This document shows, one piece after another, positions 46,741-57,365 of a DNA stretch of 64,000 bases. Each line of letters opens with the position of its first letter. Position 1 is the first letter of the stretch. This DNA comes from an uncultured bacterium. Its GTDB lineage: Bacteria > Acidobacteriota > Thermoanaerobaculia > Multivoradales > JAHZIX01. The position numbers were made by a program, and so were the translations under genes. The notes under the pieces are model-generated. The model had not been told where the DNA came from. It was given only the letters and a program-made list of their open reading frames with translations, and ran no database searches. The DNA lies in NCBI GenBank assembly GCA_965368975.1, contig CBDUPA010000001.1, positions 192,001 to 256,000 on the forward strand, in the 5' to 3' direction.

Positions 46741-47829
46741 ATGACCGTGAACATGCGTAGATATCTACTGCTGGCTCCGACTGTGTTCGGCGTGCTGGCT
46801 TTCTGTAGCTTGCTCCTGGGCACCGTTGCGACCGCGCAGCCGCCGGAGCGTTTCGGCAGCGAGGTGCAGGTCACTGAGGTGCTGCTCGACGTGCTGGTCA
46901 CCGACGACGATGGCAGCGTGGTCATCGGCCTCGACAAGGATGATTTCGTGGTCGAGGAGGACGGTGAGTCCATTGAGGTGGCGTCGATGTCGTTCTACAG
47001 CAACCGCCGCTTCTTGGAGTCGCTCGGTGGGGCCGTTCCCGGCTTGGAACCGGAGCAGGTGCCGCAGGATCGTTTCTTCGTGCTCTTTTTCTACCGTCCA
47101 CTGCTCGAGACCGATCTCATGTTGAAGCTGGCGGACGCTGGACGGCAGGCCGAGCGCTGGGTGCGCCGAGACCTGATGGACGGCGACTACGTGGCGGTCG
47201 TCGCCTACGACGGTCGTCTGCGCTTGCACCGGGACTTCACTACCGACCGCGACGCGCTGGGCTATGCCATCCGGCGAGCGGCGGCGAACAAGGAACCGGA
47301 GGGTGAATGGCCCTCGCGCGCTGGTGATCGCGCTGTGCCCGTGCTGCTCGAGACTCTGCCGCGTGGCGACGAGTTGCGCGATGCGACGCCCACCATCTAC
47401 AAGGCGTTGGAAGTGCTAGCTGGTGGGCTCGAGCGCGTCGTGGGGCGCAAGAATATCGTCTTCTTCGGCATCGACCTACCGCAATACCACGGCACTCCGG
47501 AAAGCCCTGACGCGATCAAGTTCCCGCCCACGGCGCGGGCACTGAACGACGCCAACACCGCCTTCTACGCCATTCCGGTGTTCGGCCGCTACACTCAGAA
47601 CCAGCTCACCTTCCTGGCCGACGCCACCGGGGGGCGCGCTATCACGCAATACTCGCGCTTCAGCGACGCTCTGCAGCAGATCGCGCAGGAGAACAGCGGC
47701 TACTACCTGCTCAGCTACACGCGCCAGCGCCCGGCGGGGGTGTCGGGCTACCAGGAGGTGACGGTGCGGGTGGAGAACCCGGAGTTGAACGTGCGGAGTC
47801 GGGGCGGCTATGCGTACGGGCAGGAATGA
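46741..47829 (+). CDS. Acidobacterial VWA-related domain protein
   Basis: Signal peptide; VLLDVLVTD, GLDKDDFVVEEDG, GRKNIVFF, LADATGG, YYLLSY, VRSRGGY. Confidence 0.85.
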   Translation: MTVNMRRYLLLAPTVFGVLAFCSLLLGTVATAQPPERFGSEVQVTEVLLDVLVTDDDGSVVIGLDKDDFVVEEDGESIEVASMSFYSNRRFLESLGGAVPGLEPEQVPQDRFFVLFFYRPLLETDLMLKLADAGRQAERWVRRDLMDGDYVAVVAYDGRLRLHRDFTTDRDALGYAIRRAAANKEPEGEWPSRAGDRAVPVLLETLPRGDELRDATPTIYKALEVLAGGLERVVGRKNIVFFGIDLPQYHGTPESPDAIKFPPTARALNDANTAFYAIPVFGRYTQNQLTFLADATGGRAITQYSRFSDALQQIAQENSGYYLLSYTRQRPAGVSGYQEVTVRVENPELNVRSRGGYAYGQE

Positions 47830-47847
47830 TTAGGGAATCCCCTCGCT

Positions 47848-47944
47848 CAGGGCACCCACACGGGGGTGCCCCTACCCAGATCTGGCCCCGGAACTCTGGG
47901 TAGGGGCACCCCCGTGTGCCTGCCCTGTGGCGTAGCCGCATCTG
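47848..47944. repeat. REP-like inverted doublet (GTAG-type), locus 2
   Basis: Copies at 47848-47880 (-) and 47895-47927 (+) of TCTGGGTAGGGGCACCCCCGTGTG(GG/CC)TGCCCTG, with a flanking GGCG..AGCCGCATC shared with locus 1. Confidence 0.8.
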
Positions 47945-47954
47945 GTGTCCTGCT

Positions 47955-48944
47955 TTAGATGTCTGGCTCCCGCCCCGTGATCCGCCGAAATGCCTCCAAG
48001 TACCGCTCACGTGTCCCCGCCACGACGTCGACGGGTAGTTCCGGTGGCTCGCTGACGTGGTCCCAGCCGGAGGCGTCGAGCCAGTTGCGCACGTACTGCT
48101 TGTCGAACGATGGCGGCTCTTCCCCGGGCTGCCAGGCATCGGCCGGCCAGTAGCGGGACGAATCCGGGGTCAGAACCTCGTCGATCAGGGCTAGTTCGCC
48201 ATCGATCCAGCCGAATTCGAACTTGGTGTCGGCCAGGATCAGGCCCTGCCGGGCGGCGTGCTCGGCACCTTGCTGGTAGAGATCGAGCGTCGCCGCGCGC
48301 AGACGTTCGGCCAGCTCACGGCCATGCGGCTGGGTGCTTTGGGGCAGTTGGGCGAGAGAGTCGGCCATGACCTCGAAGCTGACGTTCTCGTCGTGCCCAC
48401 TCTCGGCCTTGGTCGCGGGGGTGAAGATCGGCTCGGGCAATCTCGACGCGCGCTCGAGGCCGGGAGGCAGCGCCAGGCCGCAGACGGTACCGCTCTGCAC
48501 GTACTCACGGTAGCCACTGCCCGCCAGGTAGCCTCGGGCCACGCACTCGAAGGGCACGACGTCCGCATTGTGCACCCAGATGGAGCGACCGGCGAGGGTA
48601 TTGCGGTGTGCCTGTAGGGTGGCGGGAAAGTCGTCGACGCGGGTAGCGCGCAGGTGGTGGCGCAAGCCCAGGCGGGAGAGGTCGAGGTGCTCGAACCAGA
48701 AGTTGGCCAGCTGGGTGAGGATCTTGCCCTTGTCCGGGATGCCTGGACGGAGCACGAAGTCGTAGGCGGACAGCCGATCGGTGGCGACGAGAAGCAGGCC
48801 GCCGGGTGCCTCGGTACTCGACTCAGAAGTACCCAGCTCCGGCGCGTCGAGGTCATACACGTCGCGTACTTTGCCGCGCCGCGGAGCGGGCAGGCCGGGT
48901 AGATCGCTGGTGGCGAGGGCGGCGGGAAGGGACGAAAGGCTCAT
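47955..48944 (-). CDS. purC: SAICAR synthetase
   Basis: [62 protein letters not shown]. Confidence 0.97.
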   Translation of the reverse strand: MSLSSLPAALATSDLPGLPAPRRGKVRDVYDLDAPELGTSESSTEAPGGLLLVATDRLSAYDFVLRPGIPDKGKILTQLANFWFEHLDLSRLGLRHHLRATRVDDFPATLQAHRNTLAGRSIWVHNADVVPFECVARGYLAGSGYREYVQSGTVCGLALPPGLERASRLPEPIFTPATKAESGHDENVSFEVMADSLAQLPQSTQPHGRELAERLRAATLDLYQQGAEHAARQGLILADTKFEFGWIDGELALIDEVLTPDSSRYWPADAWQPGEEPPSFDKQYVRNWLDASGWDHVSEPPELPVDVVAGTRERYLEAFRRITGREPDI

Positions 48945-48970
48945 GGGGTGGCGCTCGCGGTCAGGACGGC

Positions 48971-51040
48971 TCAGGCAGGAGGGGGGGGCAGCCGTTTCGC
49001 GCCCGAGCGGTCATGGCGCTCGCGCGTCAGCTCGCTTTCCAGGGCGGCGAGCAGGCCGGTCTGTAGGATGGTTCGGGGAATCTCGCTCAGCTGGGTACGG
49101 TCCAGTTCTTCACCATCGACGATCTCGTATACGGGCAGCTGGTCGAGGCCCTTGAGCCGTGCCAGACCCAGCTTGCGCAGGCCGAAGAGAAACTCGTTGC
49201 CGGCGCTGTCCTGTAGCGGCAGCACCAGGTAGCTGGCGCCATGATGGCGCAGGCGGTAAACCTTGTTCAGATCTTGGTCCAGTTGCAGGCCGGTAATGAA
49301 CTTCTCGGTGGCGACGATACCCTCGTTGATCAGGTGACCGTTCTGGTTGATGTAAGCGTAGAACGGGCGGGACTCTTGTTGACGGTCGACCAGGTCGACA
49401 TCCGTCTTGGTCATCGGCGCGAAGAAGCGGAAGACCTCGGATTGCTCGTAGCCCTGCGAGATCAGCATGGTCTTGACCTCGTCGATCTCTTTGGTCGCCT
49501 TGCCGGTCGTCAGGCGCGACAGCTCGACCAGGCCGTGGCCGAAGAACTCGTAACGTTCTTCGCGCGGGGAGTTGCTGCGGAGCGGGATCAGGCGGTAGGA
49601 ACCGTAGTTGAGGGCAATGCGCATGCCGCGGTCGAACGGGAAACCTTCCTCCAGCGCGTGCGCGTAGCAGCGCTGCAGGTGTACGGCACCGATCAGCAGG
49701 TCGCGAGGGTGGCGGCCGGAGTAGAAAGCGCCGTCACCCAGATATTTCTCGAGCTTCATGCGGTAGGACTTGGCGAGTTGGTTGAGCCGCCGCTGGAAGC
49801 GGAACATCAGGCGGAACGACTCTTCCTGCATCTCGTGGCCGGACATGCCGAGCATCGAGAGCACGGCCGAGAATTCAGTGATGTCGTACACCAGGCCGAA
49901 GCGATCGACCAGCGGGTCGACGACCCAGGCGGCCATGAAGTCGAGCGGTCGAGTGGCCGGCGACAGGTAGAGCTCGGTCTTGCCCATCCACGTGCGGCTG
50001 AGGCTCGGCCGGCAGTACAGGCGGTCGTCCTTGCGTTTCATCGGCACGGTGAAGCGGCGCAGAGCGTGGAACAGTTCGAACTCCTTGAGCTTGACCAGCA
50101 GACTCTCCCAGACGCGCAGCTGGGCTGGCCCGAGCAGGCGTTCGGTGTCATAGCCGGGAAGGGTCGCCAGGAAGGTGCAGTAGCCCGAAGTGGTCAGTAG
50201 CTGTACCGGGTTCTCTTCCGGATCGCGCTTGAGCACGTGGACCGCGAAGTTCGTCAGCACCGGATCCTGCTTGTAGCGCAGCATGTGCCACTGCGTCAGT
50301 TCTTCGAGACGCTTGCGCAGGTCTTTGCCGTCGATGTGCAGCGAGCCGTTGAAGTAGCTGCTCAGCTCGGTCAGGCCGGGACTGATGTAATCCTCAGTGA
50401 AGATCAGGACGTTGTCGAGCATGCGCCGCAGCAGGCTGGGGAAGAGCTCTTCTTCGAGTTCCTCTGTGTCGAGCGCTAGACGGTTGACCATGTCGTAGGT
50501 CGTCGCCAGCAGGCGATCCTGGAAGCGGTCGAAGATCTGGTACTTGAGGGCGTCGCCCTGGCTGCGCCCGAGTTCGAGGTCGACGCGCAGGATGCGCTTG
50601 GGCGTCTCCTTGAGGAAGCGGGCGATGTCGAGCGAGTGGTAGAGCCAGAAGATGCTGGGGTAGTGGCGGCCGTAGCTCGACAGCGTGACGTTCTCGAGTG
50701 CCTGGCTGAGCAGCGTGCGGTAGGCGTCCCAGGCTGCCCCGTGCGCCTTGCGGTCTGAGCTGCGTCGCAGAGCCAGTTGCGTTTGGGCTTTCTCTTCCTG
50801 TTCCAGGTACGTGCCGAGTGCTGTGCGCAGCTCTTGGAACGAACGCGTCACCAGCAGCGGGAAACCCCACAGCGGCGTCGATGCTTCGTCTTCCAGGTAG
50901 ATGCGTTGCGGCAGCGGTAGGCTTTCCTGGTGGTCCGGCACTAGCGCTCGTAGCTCGTCGGCTTCCGGACGCAGGAAGCCGAACGGGCCCCGCAGCAAGT
51001 AGGTCAGGGAAGGGGGAGTGTTCACAGCGCGGTTTTGCAC
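48971..51040 (-). CDS. Hypothetical protein with a class III nucleotide cyclase-like domain
   Basis: LVYDITEFS, EKYLGDGAFY, MRIALNYG, YEFFGHGLVELSRL in class III cyclase order; start uncertain (51040 or 51025). Confidence 0.65.
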   Translation of the reverse strand: MQNRAVNTPPSLTYLLRGPFGFLRPEADELRALVPDHQESLPLPQRIYLEDEASTPLWGFPLLVTRSFQELRTALGTYLEQEEKAQTQLALRRSSDRKAHGAAWDAYRTLLSQALENVTLSSYGRHYPSIFWLYHSLDIARFLKETPKRILRVDLELGRSQGDALKYQIFDRFQDRLLATTYDMVNRLALDTEELEEELFPSLLRRMLDNVLIFTEDYISPGLTELSSYFNGSLHIDGKDLRKRLEELTQWHMLRYKQDPVLTNFAVHVLKRDPEENPVQLLTTSGYCTFLATLPGYDTERLLGPAQLRVWESLLVKLKEFELFHALRRFTVPMKRKDDRLYCRPSLSRTWMGKTELYLSPATRPLDFMAAWVVDPLVDRFGLVYDITEFSAVLSMLGMSGHEMQEESFRLMFRFQRRLNQLAKSYRMKLEKYLGDGAFYSGRHPRDLLIGAVHLQRCYAHALEEGFPFDRGMRIALNYGSYRLIPLRSNSPREERYEFFGHGLVELSRLTTGKATKEIDEVKTMLISQGYEQSEVFRFFAPMTKTDVDLVDRQQESRPFYAYINQNGHLINEGIVATEKFITGLQLDQDLNKVYRLRHHGASYLVLPLQDSAGNEFLFGLRKLGLARLKGLDQLPVYEIVDGEELDRTQLSEIPRTILQTGLLAALESELTRERHDRSGAKRLPPPPA

Positions 51041-51099
51041 GTCGGTTAGCGTATAACATCGGGGCGGAGGGCTGAAGCCACCCGCGATTCGATCACCCG

Positions 51100-52245
51100 A
51101 TGCCTATGACTGTACTTCCTCCTGACGCGCAACCCGCTGATGACGGTTCCGCCGCTGCATCGCCGCCGTTGCTGCACCTCGACGATCTGTGCGTCGAGGT
51201 GAAGATGCGCGGTGGCTGGACGCCGGTGGTGCGTGGCGTCTCGATGATGCTGGAGCGTGGCGAGTTCGTAGGCGTGGTCGGGGAGTCGGGGTCGGGCAAG
51301 AGTCTGACCGCCTTGTCCGTGATGGGCTTGCTGCCGCCGGTGGCGCGTGCGCGGGGCAGGGTCTGGCTCGACGGTGAGGTCCCCGGCGCCGCGGCGCAGG
51401 ATCTGCTGACCCTGGACGAACGTCAGCTGTGCCACGTGCGCGGTGGTCGCATCGGCATGGTCTTCCAGGAGCCGTCGACGTCGCTCAACCCGGTGTTGTC
51501 GATCGGATATCAGATTGCCGAGGCGGTGCGCGCTCACGGCAGCGTTGCGGGTGCCGAACCGGCAACGGGAGGGCGTCGCCCTTCCAGGGCACAGGCGCGC
51601 CGGGAGGCCGAGCGCCTTCTCGACTTGGTCGCCATGCCGGATGCCCGACGCCGTCTGGACGACTACCCGCATCAGCTTTCTGGCGGCCAGCGCCAGCGGG
51701 TCATGATCGCCATGGCCCTGGCCGGCAATCCCGACCTACTGCTCGCCGACGAGCCGACCACCGCGCTCGACGTCACCATCCAGGCGCAGATCCTGGACCT
51801 GCTCGAGGGCTTGCGCCGCGACCTCGACTTGACGATTCTGCTGATCACGCACGATCTGGCCGTGGTCGCCGAGACCTGCGAACGCGTGCTGGTGATGTAC
51901 GCCGGCCAGGTGGTCGAGTCGGCGCCGGTCGAACGTCTGTTCGAGCAGCCGGCACATCCGTACAGTCGCGGTCTGCTGGCGGCGTTGCCGCGGCTCGGAG
52001 CACCGCGGCGCGAGGGTGGTCTGGCGACCATTCCGGGGCAGGTACCCGTGCCCGGACGCCTGCCCAGCGGCTGTGCTTTCCACCCGCGCTGCAGAGATGC
52101 GATGGCGCGCTGCAGTCTTCAGGAGCCGGAGCTGTGGTCTGTGAGCGATCTTCAGGAGGGTGTCGACCTCGGGGATGAAGCCGGTGTCCGTGCGCGCTGC
52201 TTTCTCTACGATCGCACGTCGGCGCAGGAGGGGCCCCCGACGTGA
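51100..52245 (+). CDS. Oligopeptide/dipeptide ABC ATPase (OppD/DppD)
   Basis: [45 protein letters not shown]. Confidence 0.93.
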   Translation: MPMTVLPPDAQPADDGSAAASPPLLHLDDLCVEVKMRGGWTPVVRGVSMMLERGEFVGVVGESGSGKSLTALSVMGLLPPVARARGRVWLDGEVPGAAAQDLLTLDERQLCHVRGGRIGMVFQEPSTSLNPVLSIGYQIAEAVRAHGSVAGAEPATGGRRPSRAQARREAERLLDLVAMPDARRRLDDYPHQLSGGQRQRVMIAMALAGNPDLLLADEPTTALDVTIQAQILDLLEGLRRDLDLTILLITHDLAVVAETCERVLVMYAGQVVESAPVERLFEQPAHPYSRGLLAALPRLGAPRREGGLATIPGQVPVPGRLPSGCAFHPRCRDAMARCSLQEPELWSVSDLQEGVDLGDEAGVRARCFLYDRTSAQEGPPT

Positions 52246-53114
52246 GCCGCCCACCCCGGGACGCGCCGGCGCAGCCACCGCTGCTCGAGGTGCGGGGCCT
52301 GACGAAGGTCTACAGCGTGCGTCGCGGGCTGCTGCAGCGCCAGCAGGGTGAGATTCGCGCGCTCGACGGCGTCGACCTGACGCTGCAGCGTGGCGAGTGC
52401 TACGCCGTGGTCGGCGAGTCGGGCAGTGGCAAGACGACCCTCGGTCGCTGCATCGTGCGCCTCCTGCAGCCGACCTCCGGCCAGGTGTTGTTCCAGGGTG
52501 TCGACCTCACCGCGCTGCACGGGGAAGAGCTGCGCCGCCGCCGCCGCGGTTTCCAGATGGTGTTCCAGGACCCCTACGGTTCGCTCAATCCGCGGTTGCG
52601 CGTCGGTTCGGTGCTGCGCGAGGTGCTGGACGTGCACCGCCTGGGCAGCGCGGCCGAGCGGCCGGGGCGGGTGGCCGAACTGCTGCGCCAGGTGGGTCTG
52701 GAGCCGGACGCTGCCGATCGCTTCCCGCACGAGTTCTCGGGCGGCCAGCGTCAGCGCATCGGCATCGCGCGCGCGCTCGCCACCGAACCGCAGCTGCTGG
52801 TCGCCGACGAGCCGGTCTCGGCGCTCGACGTCTCGGTGCGTGCCCAGATCATCAACCTGCTCAGCGATCTGCAGCGTCGGCTCGGGCTGACCGTGCTGCT
52901 GATTGCGCACGACCTGGCGGTCGTCGAGCAGGTGGCGGACCGTGTCGCTGTCATGTACCAGGGGCGCATCGTTGAAGAAGCGACGGCCGCGGATGTCTTT
53001 CGTGACCCACGGCACGCCTACACGCGCAGCCTGCTCTCCGCAGTGCCGATCGCCGATCCACGGCGGCGGCAGAAGCGTCGAAAGGTCCACGTGCCGCTCC
53101 CGGACAGCGGGTAG
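52242..53114 (+). CDS. Oligopeptide/dipeptide ABC ATPase (OppF/DppF)
   Basis: GESGSGKTT, FQDPYGSLNPR, FPHEFSGGQRQR, DEPVSALDVS. Confidence 0.93.
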   Translation: MSRPPRDAPAQPPLLEVRGLTKVYSVRRGLLQRQQGEIRALDGVDLTLQRGECYAVVGESGSGKTTLGRCIVRLLQPTSGQVLFQGVDLTALHGEELRRRRRGFQMVFQDPYGSLNPRLRVGSVLREVLDVHRLGSAAERPGRVAELLRQVGLEPDAADRFPHEFSGGQRQRIGIARALATEPQLLVADEPVSALDVSVRAQIINLLSDLQRRLGLTVLLIAHDLAVVEQVADRVAVMYQGRIVEEATAADVFRDPRHAYTRSLLSAVPIADPRRRQKRRKVHVPLPDSG

Positions 53115-53279
53115 CCTGCTACTATCCGGTCGAGGAGATGCCCGAAGCCATGCTGCCAATGGCACCCAATTCCGCTTGAGAATTGCGCCAGTGTATGGAA
53201 CATTTGCTCCGCTTGGACGTAGCATGAGCGAAGGGCGATCCGTGCAAGGATTTCGAAACCTGCCCCCGAGGAGGACAGA

Positions 53280-54896
53280 TTGATGCTAGCGATGCGGAAT
53301 GACGGGCCCCAGGCCCGAGACACGTGTACCCGTGCGGGTGCACGCATAGGGCTGATGCTTTGCTTGTCGGCCGCGGTCCTGCTGTCGAGCTTGCCGCTGC
53401 AGGCGCAGCCCGCGGTCGAACTCCGGGCCGGCGTCGGTGCCGAGCTACCGGATGCGCAGTTGCCGGTCGAGGGCGACCAGGTCTCGCTGTCGCTCGAGGA
53501 CGCGGTGCGGATCGCGCTCGAGCGCAACCTACAGCTGGTCATCCAGCAGTACGACCTGGCGCAGAGCGACACGCAAATCGAGCAGAACCGAGGAATCTTC
53601 GACCTCAACCTGAGCGGTTTCTTGGACTTCAGCGACGACACCTTCCCGTCGGGTTCTGACCTCGATGGCGCCGATGTTCGGCAGGACGAGTCGCACAACC
53701 TGAATCTGTCGCTGAGCCAGCTGACGCCCTTTGGCGGTACCGTGGCGCTCGGCTGGAACACCGTGCGCTTCGAAACCAACAACGCGTTCGTGGTGCCCAA
53801 CCCGCGCTACTCGATCGGCACCGAGCTGTCGTACACGCAGCCACTGTCGCGGGGCTTCGGCCAGGTCGCGACCCAGCGGGGTATCCTGATCGCTCAGACC
53901 AACGCCGAGATCAGCCGCCAGACCTTCGAGCAGCAAGTGATTTCGGTCATCCAGCAGGTCGAGAACGCCTACTGGAACCTGGTGCAGGCGCGCAAGCAGT
54001 TGGAAGTGTCGATCCAGAGTCTGACGTTGGCCCAGGAGCTGCACGATCGCAACCGCATCAAGGTCGAGGTCGGCACGTTGGCGCCGTTCGAGCTGGTGCA
54101 GAGTGAAGCCGGTATCGCCCAGCGTGAGGGCAACATCATTCGCGACCGGGCGACCGTTGGCGACGCTGCCGACGAGCTGTTGCGGCTCCTCAATGTGCCG
54201 CAAGGCGACATGTGGATCAAGGAGCTGGTACCGGAGACCGAGCCGACTGTGTTGTCGATGGACTTCAACGTCGATCAGGCGATTTCCACCGCGCTCGAGG
54301 CACGCAGCGAATTGCGTGCCCAGGAGCTGTCAGTGGAGAACCTGCAGATCGACGCTGAGTTCTTCGAGAACCAGATGCGACCCCAGGCCGACCTCCGCGT
54401 CGGCTACAGCGTCTCGTCGCTCGACGGCGATCATACGGCGTCGTTCAACGAGCTGACCGACATGGATTTCACCGGCTGGTCAGCGCGACTGACCATCGGC
54501 ATCCCGCTGCAGAACCGCAGTGCCCGGGCGCAGCAGGCGAACGCCGACCTGGCGCTCAACCGCGGCCGCGCCCAGCTGAACAATCTGGAGCAGCAGATCG
54601 TCACCGAGGTGCGCAGCGCCGTGCGGCAGCTGGAAGCCGCGGTCAAGGGGGTGGAAGCCGCGCGCGCCTCGCGCGAGGCCCAGGAGAAGAGCCTGGAAGC
54701 CGAGCGCAAGCGCTACGAGAACGGCATGTCGACCAGCTTCCAGGTGCTGCAGATCCAAGACGATCTGACGCAGGCTCAGAGTTCCGAGGTTGCCGCGATC
54801 ACCAGCTACCGTACGCGTCTGGCAGACTACTACCGGGCGATCGGCAAGCTGTTGGCGGAGAGCGGCGTCGAGTTGGTGCTCAGCCCAGACGAGTAA
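53280..54896 (+). CDS. TolC-family outer membrane protein
   Basis: LSLEDAVRIALERN, YTQPL, VENAYWNL, RYENGMSTSFQVLQ; start uncertain. Confidence 0.88.
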   Translation: MMLAMRNDGPQARDTCTRAGARIGLMLCLSAAVLLSSLPLQAQPAVELRAGVGAELPDAQLPVEGDQVSLSLEDAVRIALERNLQLVIQQYDLAQSDTQIEQNRGIFDLNLSGFLDFSDDTFPSGSDLDGADVRQDESHNLNLSLSQLTPFGGTVALGWNTVRFETNNAFVVPNPRYSIGTELSYTQPLSRGFGQVATQRGILIAQTNAEISRQTFEQQVISVIQQVENAYWNLVQARKQLEVSIQSLTLAQELHDRNRIKVEVGTLAPFELVQSEAGIAQREGNIIRDRATVGDAADELLRLLNVPQGDMWIKELVPETEPTVLSMDFNVDQAISTALEARSELRAQELSVENLQIDAEFFENQMRPQADLRVGYSVSSLDGDHTASFNELTDMDFTGWSARLTIGIPLQNRSARAQQANADLALNRGRAQLNNLEQQIVTEVRSAVRQLEAAVKGVEAARASREAQEKSLEAERKRYENGMSTSFQVLQIQDDLTQAQSSEVAAITSYRTRLADYYRAIGKLLAESGVELVLSPDE

Positions 54897-54922
54897 GCTC
54901 CACGCCAGGTGCCGCTTGCAAG

Positions 54923-54958
54923 AAAGGCGATCCGTGGCTCGAGCCCGGATCGCCTTTT
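54923..54958. terminator. Bidirectional intrinsic terminator
   Basis: AAAGGCGATCCG...CGGATCGCCTTTT between convergent genes. Confidence 0.8.
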
Positions 54959-54993
54959 CGTATTCAGGGCGGCCCTCCGCTATACGGGCTGGA

Positions 54994-55701
54994 TCAGCGC
55001 AACCGAACCGTGACGTCTCCCGCGCCGGTGCTGGCATCGACCCGGGACGATCCTTTGCCGGCGCGCCATTCGACGCCGCGGTGCACGAAACCGCTACCCT
55101 CGACGCGTCCGCCGTCGACATAGAGCGCTGCTTCCCCGAAGTTCGAGCTTACCTCGGCGCGGCCGAAGTGCTTGGCGCGTAGGGACATCCGGATGTCTCC
55201 CGTCTGTACGCGCGCCTCGATGTCCCCCTCGACGTCCTCGACGACCAGCTCGCCGACACCGACGCGGACCTCGATCTCCGCTTCCTCGGGCACACTGACG
55301 CGCGTGACGATGCGAATGTGGTGTGCGCGCAGTTGTGTGCTGCCGCGAGTCATCAAGTTCAGACGCCCGTCGCGCCGCCGCCATTCCAACTCGACATCGT
55401 CGGCGGCGCGTCGGCAAGCCGATGCGTTGTCCGAGTCGCAATAGACCTCGATGTCGACGCGGATGTCGTCGCTCCATCCACCGCGGCCGGTGACCTCGAT
55501 GCGCCCGACCTGGGTCGAGATCTTGATGCCGCGAGCATCCTCCATCGGCACCGCCTGTTCGAGGGTGCGGATGGGGTCGGCGCCGACGGTGGTCGGCGTG
55601 AACAAGCCAAGGCCGGTAAGGAGCAGGGCCAGAGCGTGCGCGGGGAAAGTAGTATCGCGAAGCCACCAACGGCTGCGGGAAGGTGTGCGAGGTCGAGTCA
55701 C
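54994..55701 (-). CDS. Secreted DUF4097/adhesin-like beta-repeat protein
   Basis: AAGGAG RBS, signal peptide, repeated VGxxxV / TGDI / GAGDVTV strands. Confidence 0.65.
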   Translation of the reverse strand: MTRPRTPSRSRWWLRDTTFPAHALALLLTGLGLFTPTTVGADPIRTLEQAVPMEDARGIKISTQVGRIEVTGRGGWSDDIRVDIEVYCDSDNASACRRAADDVELEWRRRDGRLNLMTRGSTQLRAHHIRIVTRVSVPEEAEIEVRVGVGELVVEDVEGDIEARVQTGDIRMSLRAKHFGRAEVSSNFGEAALYVDGGRVEGSGFVHRGVEWRAGKGSSRVDASTGAGDVTVRLR

Positions 55702-55812
55702 GGGAAATCTCCTTGCAAAGCTCTCGGTAGGACGTTGTCGACGCTACGGGTATACACTATGGCACATCGAGTTCACAACCTGAATTGAATCGACTTTCTG
55801 GAGGCGCCCACG

Positions 55813-57315
55813 ATGACTCGACCCCCCCGTCCATTGCCCGTTTCTCAGTCACTCCACCGCCCTTCGTGGGTCCTCTCGGTGCTGATTCTGGTGCTGGCCC
55901 TGGTGCAGGTCAGCTGCTCCTACAACCCCGCCACCGGTCAGAACCAGGTGATGCTGATCTCCGAGGCGCAAGAGCTGGAGATGGGGCGCCAGGGCGACGC
56001 GGACATGGTGGCCTCGATGGGGCTCTACGACGATCCGCTGATCCAGGAGTACGTCAATGCCCTGGGCCAGGAGCTGGCCTCGCATTCCGAGCGTCCGGAT
56101 CTCAACTGGACCTTCCGTGTCATCGACGACCCGATCGTCAACGCCTTCGCCTTGCCGGGCGGCTACGTCTACATCACGCGCGGCATCCTCAGTCACTTCA
56201 ACACTGAAGCCGAGTTGGCCGCGGTTCTCGGGCACGAGATCGGTCACGTCATCGGCCGGCACAGCGCCAACCAGATGAGCAAGCAGCAATTGCTCCAGGT
56301 CGGCGTCATCGCCGGCACCATTCTGCTCGACGACGACTACGCCTTGGCTGGTGCCATCGCTGGTTCCATCGGCGCCCAACTGCTCAGTCTCAAGTTCGGG
56401 CGCGACGATGAGCGCGAGGCCGATGCCCTTGGCCTGCGGTACCTCGACCGCGCCGGCTACGACCCGCGACCGATGACCGAGGTATTCGACACCCTCGGCC
56501 GCGTCAGCGAGGCCGCCGGTGCTGGTGGCACTCCCGGCTGGTTGTCCACTCACCCGAAGCCTGAGGACCGCAGCGAGCGGATCGGTACCGCCATCGCCTC
56601 GCTGAACATCGACTACAGCCATCGCAAGGTCGGCCGCGAGGTCTACATGAACCGGGTCGAGGGCATCGTCTACGGTCCCGACCACCGCCAAGGCTACTTC
56701 GTCGACAACGCCTTCTACCACCCGGCGCTGGCGCTCAAGCTAGAGTTCCCACGTGGCTGGCAGGTGCAGAACCAGCGCCAGGCCGTGGTTGGCGTCAGCG
56801 GCGACCAGGACGCCTTGATCCTGCTGAGGATGGCCGACGAGCAAGGGAGCCTTGAAGAGGCTGAGCGGGCCTTCCTGGCGCAGCAAGGCGTCTATGCCGG
56901 TCCGTCCTGGAGCCCGGCGATGCAGGGTTTTCAGGCCGTCGGCCGCGAGTTCGAAGCGCAGAACAACAGCGGTCGTCTGCGCGGCCGTGTCGCCTTCGCC
57001 GAGCAGGACGACAACGTGCTACAGCTGATGGCCCTGAGCGACAAGCGCCAGTGGACGACCTACGAGGACGCGTTCTTCGACAGCCTCACCAGCTTCTCCC
57101 GCCTGCGCGATCGTCGCTACCTCGAGGTCGATGCGGCGCGTATCGATGTCGTCACCCTGCCGCGTGCCATGACGCTGGCCGAGTTCCACGAGCGCTTCCC
57201 GTCGACCATCGACCTCGACGAGGTCGCGATCCTCAACCATGCCTATCCGGACACCCGTTTCGAGCGCGGTGCCCAGGTCAAGCGGGTGGTGGGTGGAGAG
57301 CTGCCGCAACGGTGA
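55813..57315 (+). CDS. M48 family metalloprotease lipoprotein
   Basis: VSC lipobox, NPATG, NAFALPGGYVY, HEIGH, EREADALG, WLSTHP. Confidence 0.92.
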   Translation: MTRPPRPLPVSQSLHRPSWVLSVLILVLALVQVSCSYNPATGQNQVMLISEAQELEMGRQGDADMVASMGLYDDPLIQEYVNALGQELASHSERPDLNWTFRVIDDPIVNAFALPGGYVYITRGILSHFNTEAELAAVLGHEIGHVIGRHSANQMSKQQLLQVGVIAGTILLDDDYALAGAIAGSIGAQLLSLKFGRDDEREADALGLRYLDRAGYDPRPMTEVFDTLGRVSEAAGAGGTPGWLSTHPKPEDRSERIGTAIASLNIDYSHRKVGREVYMNRVEGIVYGPDHRQGYFVDNAFYHPALALKLEFPRGWQVQNQRQAVVGVSGDQDALILLRMADEQGSLEEAERAFLAQQGVYAGPSWSPAMQGFQAVGREFEAQNNSGRLRGRVAFAEQDDNVLQLMALSDKRQWTTYEDAFFDSLTSFSRLRDRRYLEVDAARIDVVTLPRAMTLAEFHERFPSTIDLDEVAILNHAYPDTRFERGAQVKRVVGGELPQR

Positions 57316-57365
57316 TCCAGCAGAGAATCGGGGCGAGCGGGAAAGGCGGCTAGCTCACTTCCGGT

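Noticed and set aside
53160-53175. Sigma54-like TGGCAC upstream of tolC
   Set aside because: The GC is displaced by one base from the strict -24/-12 spacing and lacks TTGC
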